DNA of 64,000 nt from the human T2T-CHM13v2.0 reference genome, Homo sapiens: NCBI RefSeq assembly GCF_009914755.1, contig NC_060943.1; one strand, written 5' to 3'. This document shows positions 58,061 through 64,000 of the stretch, piece after piece. The first letter of the stretch is position 1; each line of letters opens with the position of its first letter. The notes under the pieces are model-generated. The model was not told where the DNA came from. It saw nothing but the letters and a program-made list of their open reading frames with translations, and made no database searches. The position numbers were made by a program, and so were the translations under genes.

Positions 58061-60007
58061 TCTTCTGTCTTAGGACATTCAGGATTCTTCGTCCCAAATT
58101 CCATCCCACTAAAAATGTGCTCTTGGCGGAGGTGGGCACCTTATTGTACTCCCCTGCCTATGGATGTGTGGGGAAAGATGGTGAAAGAGTGGCAGGAAAT
58201 AGAAAAATTTTGAAAAAGAAGCATGAGGGAGATCCATAAGCAGACGGCAGAGAGTAGCTGAGAGATTTACAGAGACAGTGAATGAAGCCGAGAATGTAGC
58301 AGGGGGAGAAAAGTAACTGGAGAAATGTAGAGAAAAGCTGGGTCTCCAGAGAGATGAAGATGAAGCAAGATTGGGAGAGGGGCAGAAAGGGGGAGGCTCC
58401 TCAGACAGAGTAGGGGAGAGGAGGAGGGATTTGGAGCCAGGGCAGACAGAGCAGCATGGTGCTGGGACAGCAAGAGGGGGCAGCTGATGACAAGGAGAGC
58501 AGAGGGAGAACCACAGCATGGGGAGGCCTGGGATCCGGGGGGGCCAGAGAGTGGGGACAAGAGAGTGTAGCAGGGAAGAGGAAATTTAACAGGGAGAACA
58601 GAGAGGAAGCAGAGATAGGGAGGGCAAGAAACAGGCAGAATGGAAATTGGGGACAATCAAAAATTGGACACAAAGAGGAACAAGGGGTAAAACAAATTGC
58701 CAGAATGGAGCAGAACAAATGGAAGAGAAGGAATAGAGGGAAGAGGGGGAGAAACAGCAGGAGAGGAGAGGGGCAGAAAAATAAGCCAATTCTTATGGGA
58801 AAAATGAAGTGAAAAAAAGCAGGAGAAAGAAGGTAAGAATGAGAGAGATGTACAGAATGAGGGAGGGAAACATACTAATGACAAAAGAGGGGTAACCTGA
58901 GTGCAGATGAGCGATGAGTTGATGGACTATTATGATTAAATTGTGATATACTGATTTCTCTAATTGTAGTCTAATAAGCACAAAATTTATTTCAAAAGTA
59001 CAGATGAAGATGAGACTTGCAAAGTTCCTGCCTATAAGGGAAGTGCATTTTATAATTCTTGACATCACAAGTTAGCTTCCATTCACAATCCCTGTTCAGC
59101 CAGAGGGCAGTGACTTGCCTCATTCGGGTGTGGGTGAGTGGGTAAGACAGGAGGAAAAACCAAAGCGTTTTTCCTACGCTTACAATCAACACAATAGTGA
59201 ACACCCAACACAGAATGCCACATCTCTGGTCACCAAAATGTGTTGGGGATTACTTCCCACCCACAAGCAGTTCATCAGACACCACCTGGGTGTTGTGTAA
59301 TTTAACTCAATTTCACACTAACACTATCTATGTGGAGTTAGCCTCAGATTCTACAGGTTGAGAGCTCAGTTCCACAGGCATGCTCCCACTTCAGGTGCCA
59401 CTTGCAAGTCCTGGGTTGGGACTTGAACCTTGTGACCAACCAACTATGAACCGGGGGTTCCCATGACCCTTTCCTCACATTTTGTGAATTTGCTAGAGTG
59501 GTTCACAGAACTCAGGGAAACTTTTTGCTTAGTTTCACCCATTTGTTACAAACCATATTACAAAGGATACAGATGAACAGCCAGATGGAAGAGCCTTCCT
59601 AGCAAACTAATCAAAATGAGGGGCTTTTGGACCAGGCGCAGTGGCTCTTGCTTCTAATCCCAGCACTTTGGGAAGCCAAGGTGGGCAGATCCACTTAAGG
59701 TCAGGAGTTCAAGACCAGCGTGGCCAACAAGGTGAAACCCCATCTCTACTGAAAATACAAAAATTAGCCGCGCATGGTGGCGTGTGCCTGTAATCCCAGC
59801 TGCTTGGCTGAGACACAAGAATCTCTTGATCCCAAGAGGTGGAGGTTGCAGTGGGCCAAGATCGCACCACTGCAGCCTGGGCAACAGTGAGACTCTGTCT
59901 CAAAAAAAAAGGAGGGGCTCTTAGTAAACATGTTTTTTTTTCTTTGAGACGGAGTTTCGGTCTTGTTGCCCTGGCTGGTGTGCACTGGCGCGATATTGGC
60001 TCACCAC

Positions 60008-60960
60008 TGAAGGGGTGGCCTGCCCCTCCACACCTGTGGGTGTTTCTCGTCAGGTGGAATGAAACACTCAGAAAAAGAAAGAGACACAGAGCAAAGTACA
60101 GAGAAAGAAAAGTGGGCCCAGGGGACCGGCGCTCAGCATACGGAGGACCCGCGCCGGCCCGGTCTCTGAGTTCCCTCAGTATTTATTGATCACTATCTCT
60201 ACCATCTCGGAGAGGGGGATGTGGCAGGACAAAGGTAATAGTGGGGAGAGGGTCAGCAGGAAAACATACGAACCAAGATCTCTGTCATAAATAAGGAAAC
60301 GTGCTGTGCCTTGATGTGCATGTATACAAACATCTTGGTGCAGTAAAGAGCAGTATTGCTGCCAGCATGTCTCACCTCCAGCCCTAAGGCGGTTTTCTCC
60401 TATCTCAGTAAATAGAACATACAATCAGGTTTTACACCTAGACATTCTATTGCCCAAGGACAAGCAGGAGACAGATGCCTTCCTCTTATCTTAACTGCAA
60501 AGAGGCCTTCCTCTTTCACTAATCCTCAGCACAGACCCTTTATGGGTTCCAGGCTGGGGGATGGTCAGGTCTTTCCCTTCCCATGAGGCCATATCTCAGG
60601 CTATCACATGGGGAGAAACCTTGGACAATACCTGGTTTTCCTAGGCAGAGTTCCCTGCGGCCTTCCACAGTGTATTGTGTCCCTGGGTACTCGAGACTGG
60701 AGAATGGCGATGACTTTTACCAAGCATACTGCCTGCAAGCGCTTTTTAACAAAGCACATCCTGCACAGCCCTAAATCCATTAAACCTTGAGTCAACACAG
60801 CACGTGTTTCTGCGGGCACAGGGTTGGGGCTAGGGTTACAGATTCACAGCATCTCAAGGCAGAAGAATTTCTCTTAGTACAGAACAAAATGGAGTCTCTT
60901 ATGTCTACTTCTTTCTACATAGACACAGTAACAGTCTGATTTCTCTTTCTTATCCCCACA
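60008..60960 (-). mobile_element. Solo LTR5 (HERV-K HML-2, LTR5A/B type) inserted into an Alu
   Basis: Minus strand reads TGTGGGGATAAGAAAGAGAAATCAGACTGTTACTGTGTC...GGGGCAGGCCACCCCTTCA. TSD CACCAC at 60002-60007 and 60961-60966; the host Alu resumes at 60961. Confidence 0.92.
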
Positions 60961-61882
60961 CACCACAACCATTGCCTCCTGGGTTCAAGTGATTCTCTTG
61001 CCTCAGCCTCTCCAGTAGCTGGGATTACAGGTGCCCGTCACCATGCCTGGCTACTCTTGTATTTTTAATAGAGATGGGGTTTCTCCATGTTGGTCAGGCT
61101 GGTCTTGAACTCCCGACCTCAGGTGATCCACCCGCCTTGGCCTCCCAAAGTGCTGGGATTACAGGCGTGAGCCACCGATCCTGGCTGGAAACCATGCTTT
61201 TTATCTGCATCTAAACTGAGGGGCAGCCTTGTGGGACTGCACCTTTAACCCGTGGAATCTGTGCCTATCTCCAAGTAGACAGTAGCAAAGTTGAGTTAAC
61301 CTGTGGGACACACAGCTGCGAGCGTGCCACAGAACTGGTCAGCACGGGCCAGACGCGTTGGCTTAAGCCTGTAATCCTAACACTTTGGGAGGCTGACTCA
61401 GGCAGATCACTTGAGGTCAGGAGTTCGAGACTAGCCTGGCCAACGTGGTGAAAAATAAAAAATTAGCTGGGCGTAGTGGCTTGTGCCTGTAATCCCAGCT
61501 ACTCAGGAGGCTGAGGCAGGGAATTGCTTGAACCCTGGAGGCAGAGGTTGTGGTGAGCTAAGACCGCGCCACTGCACTCCAGCCTGGGTGACAGTGAAAC
61601 TCCGTCTCAAACATGGGGGAAAACACACATTTTGGTGATGGGCGGCATAGTATTCTGTGCTGAATTTGAGTGTAGTAAAAACAGTTATCTTTTTTCCTTA
61701 CCTCAAACAGTAAAGGGAAGAGACTTGGCCCACCAGTCTCAGGGCCTGTGATGTCTACTCAATAGTGATGGAATGATCTGTCCCTGCTCCTGGCTGCTGC
61801 TGATCCTGAGACTGTACACCATGTGCCAGCCCCACTTACAGTCTCAGAGTGGAATGACATCCCTCCTCTATGGTGTCGTTAA

Positions 61883-62236
<354 letters not shown>

Positions 62237-62452
62237 TGAAATGGAGGTGTTGTCCACTGAAACACACACACTCACATACTCACTCACTAAAGCCTTTTCG
62301 TTCCATTCTTCAATCTTTAAAACAAAAAATACTGTATTTACTACATTTCTCCCTGCAGTAAGTACCCCTCTTGCATGCTCTATTTAAGATCACAGTACAC
62401 TAAAATCTTGTTTATATTCTCTCTTCAATTCTTGCCCCTAGTTCTTGGTTGA

Positions 62453-62813
<361 letters not shown>

Positions 62814-62855
62814 TAGGCATGAGCCACCGTGCGTGGCCCCTAAATTTATTTTTAA

Positions 62856-63056
<201 letters not shown>

Positions 63057-63059
63057 TGA

Positions 63060-63203
<144 letters not shown>

Positions 63204-64000
63204 TAATATTTTGGTTTTTTATAGAGTTGGGGTCTTGCTATGTTGCCTAGGCTGGTCTCAATTTCCTGGCCTCAAGCGATTCTCCCATCTCAGCCACCCG
63301 AGTAGCCAGGACTACAGGTTTGTGCCACTGTGCCATGCTAATATTTTGATTTTTGTAGAGTTGGGGTCTTGCTGTGTTGTCCAGACTGGTCTTAAACTCC
63401 TGAGCTGAAGTGATTTTCCCACGTCAGCCTCCCAAAATGTACCCAGATGGAGGCATCATTCATTAAAACACATTCCTACATAAAATAAAGGTTTTATTTT
63501 CCTTCTACTCTTCTATCTTTAAAACAAAAAATATTATATTAACTACATTTCTTCCTCTAGGAAGTACCCCTCTTCTGTGCTCCCAAATCTCTGGAATTAC
63601 AAGGATGAGCCCCTGCACCAGGCTTAATAGTTTTTAAATTTTTGTCCTCATCTTTCTTTCCCTGTCAGCAGCAATTTGCACAGCCGATCACTCCCTCTTC
63701 TTTTTTCTTGGCTTTGAAGAGATTCTTCATAATTTAAAAAATCTGTTTAACTTTTTTTTTTTTTTTTTGAGACGGAGTCTTACTCTGTCACCCGGGCTGG
63801 AGTGTAGTGGCGCAATCTCGGCTCATTGGAACCTCTGCCTCCCGGGTTCAAGTGATTCTCCCACCTCAGCCTCCTGAGTAGTCCCGAGCTGGGACTACAG
63901 GTCCGTACCACCACACCTGGCTAATTTTTGTATTTTTAGTAGAGATGGGGTTTCACTGTGTTGGTCAGGCTGGTCTTGAACTCCTGACCTCGTGATCCAT

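Overview
This is primate, almost certainly human, DNA from the chr19q13.41 KRAB-C2H2 zinc-finger cluster. It is very Alu-rich, and no prokaryotic systems such as CRISPR are present. All genes lie on the + strand: the 3' part of ZNF766 (KRAB-A, KRAB-B and zinc-finger exons, with intronic MIR643), the complete ZNF480 gene, and a paralogous CpG-island promoter/first exon, probably ZNF610. Gene names come from recalled protein and miRNA sequences and gene order, not from a database search. Three HERV-K groups are present: an antisense MER9/HML-3 provirus in ZNF480 intron 2, a rearranged LTR3/HML-6 element, and a solo LTR5 (HML-2). Main observations: (1) the HML-6 element ends in an inverted copy of its own U3 terminus inside a 6-bp TSD, and also has a doubled matrix region, repeated PBS motifs and Trp-to-stop changes; (2) ZNF766 and ZNF480 appear to have divided one ancestral finger array, with the fingers ZNF766 uses lying dead in the ZNF480 3' UTR, split by an L1; (3) the in-window paralog suggests MIR643 arose by a local inversion/template switch; (4) the first ZNF480 ATG reads ATG-CTG-TGA, [14 protein letters not shown] a 2-bp deletion allele; (5) a pure (GCCCCC)12 repeat sits in the ZNF480 promoter. 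Repeat boundaries and subfamily names were judged by eye and are approximate.
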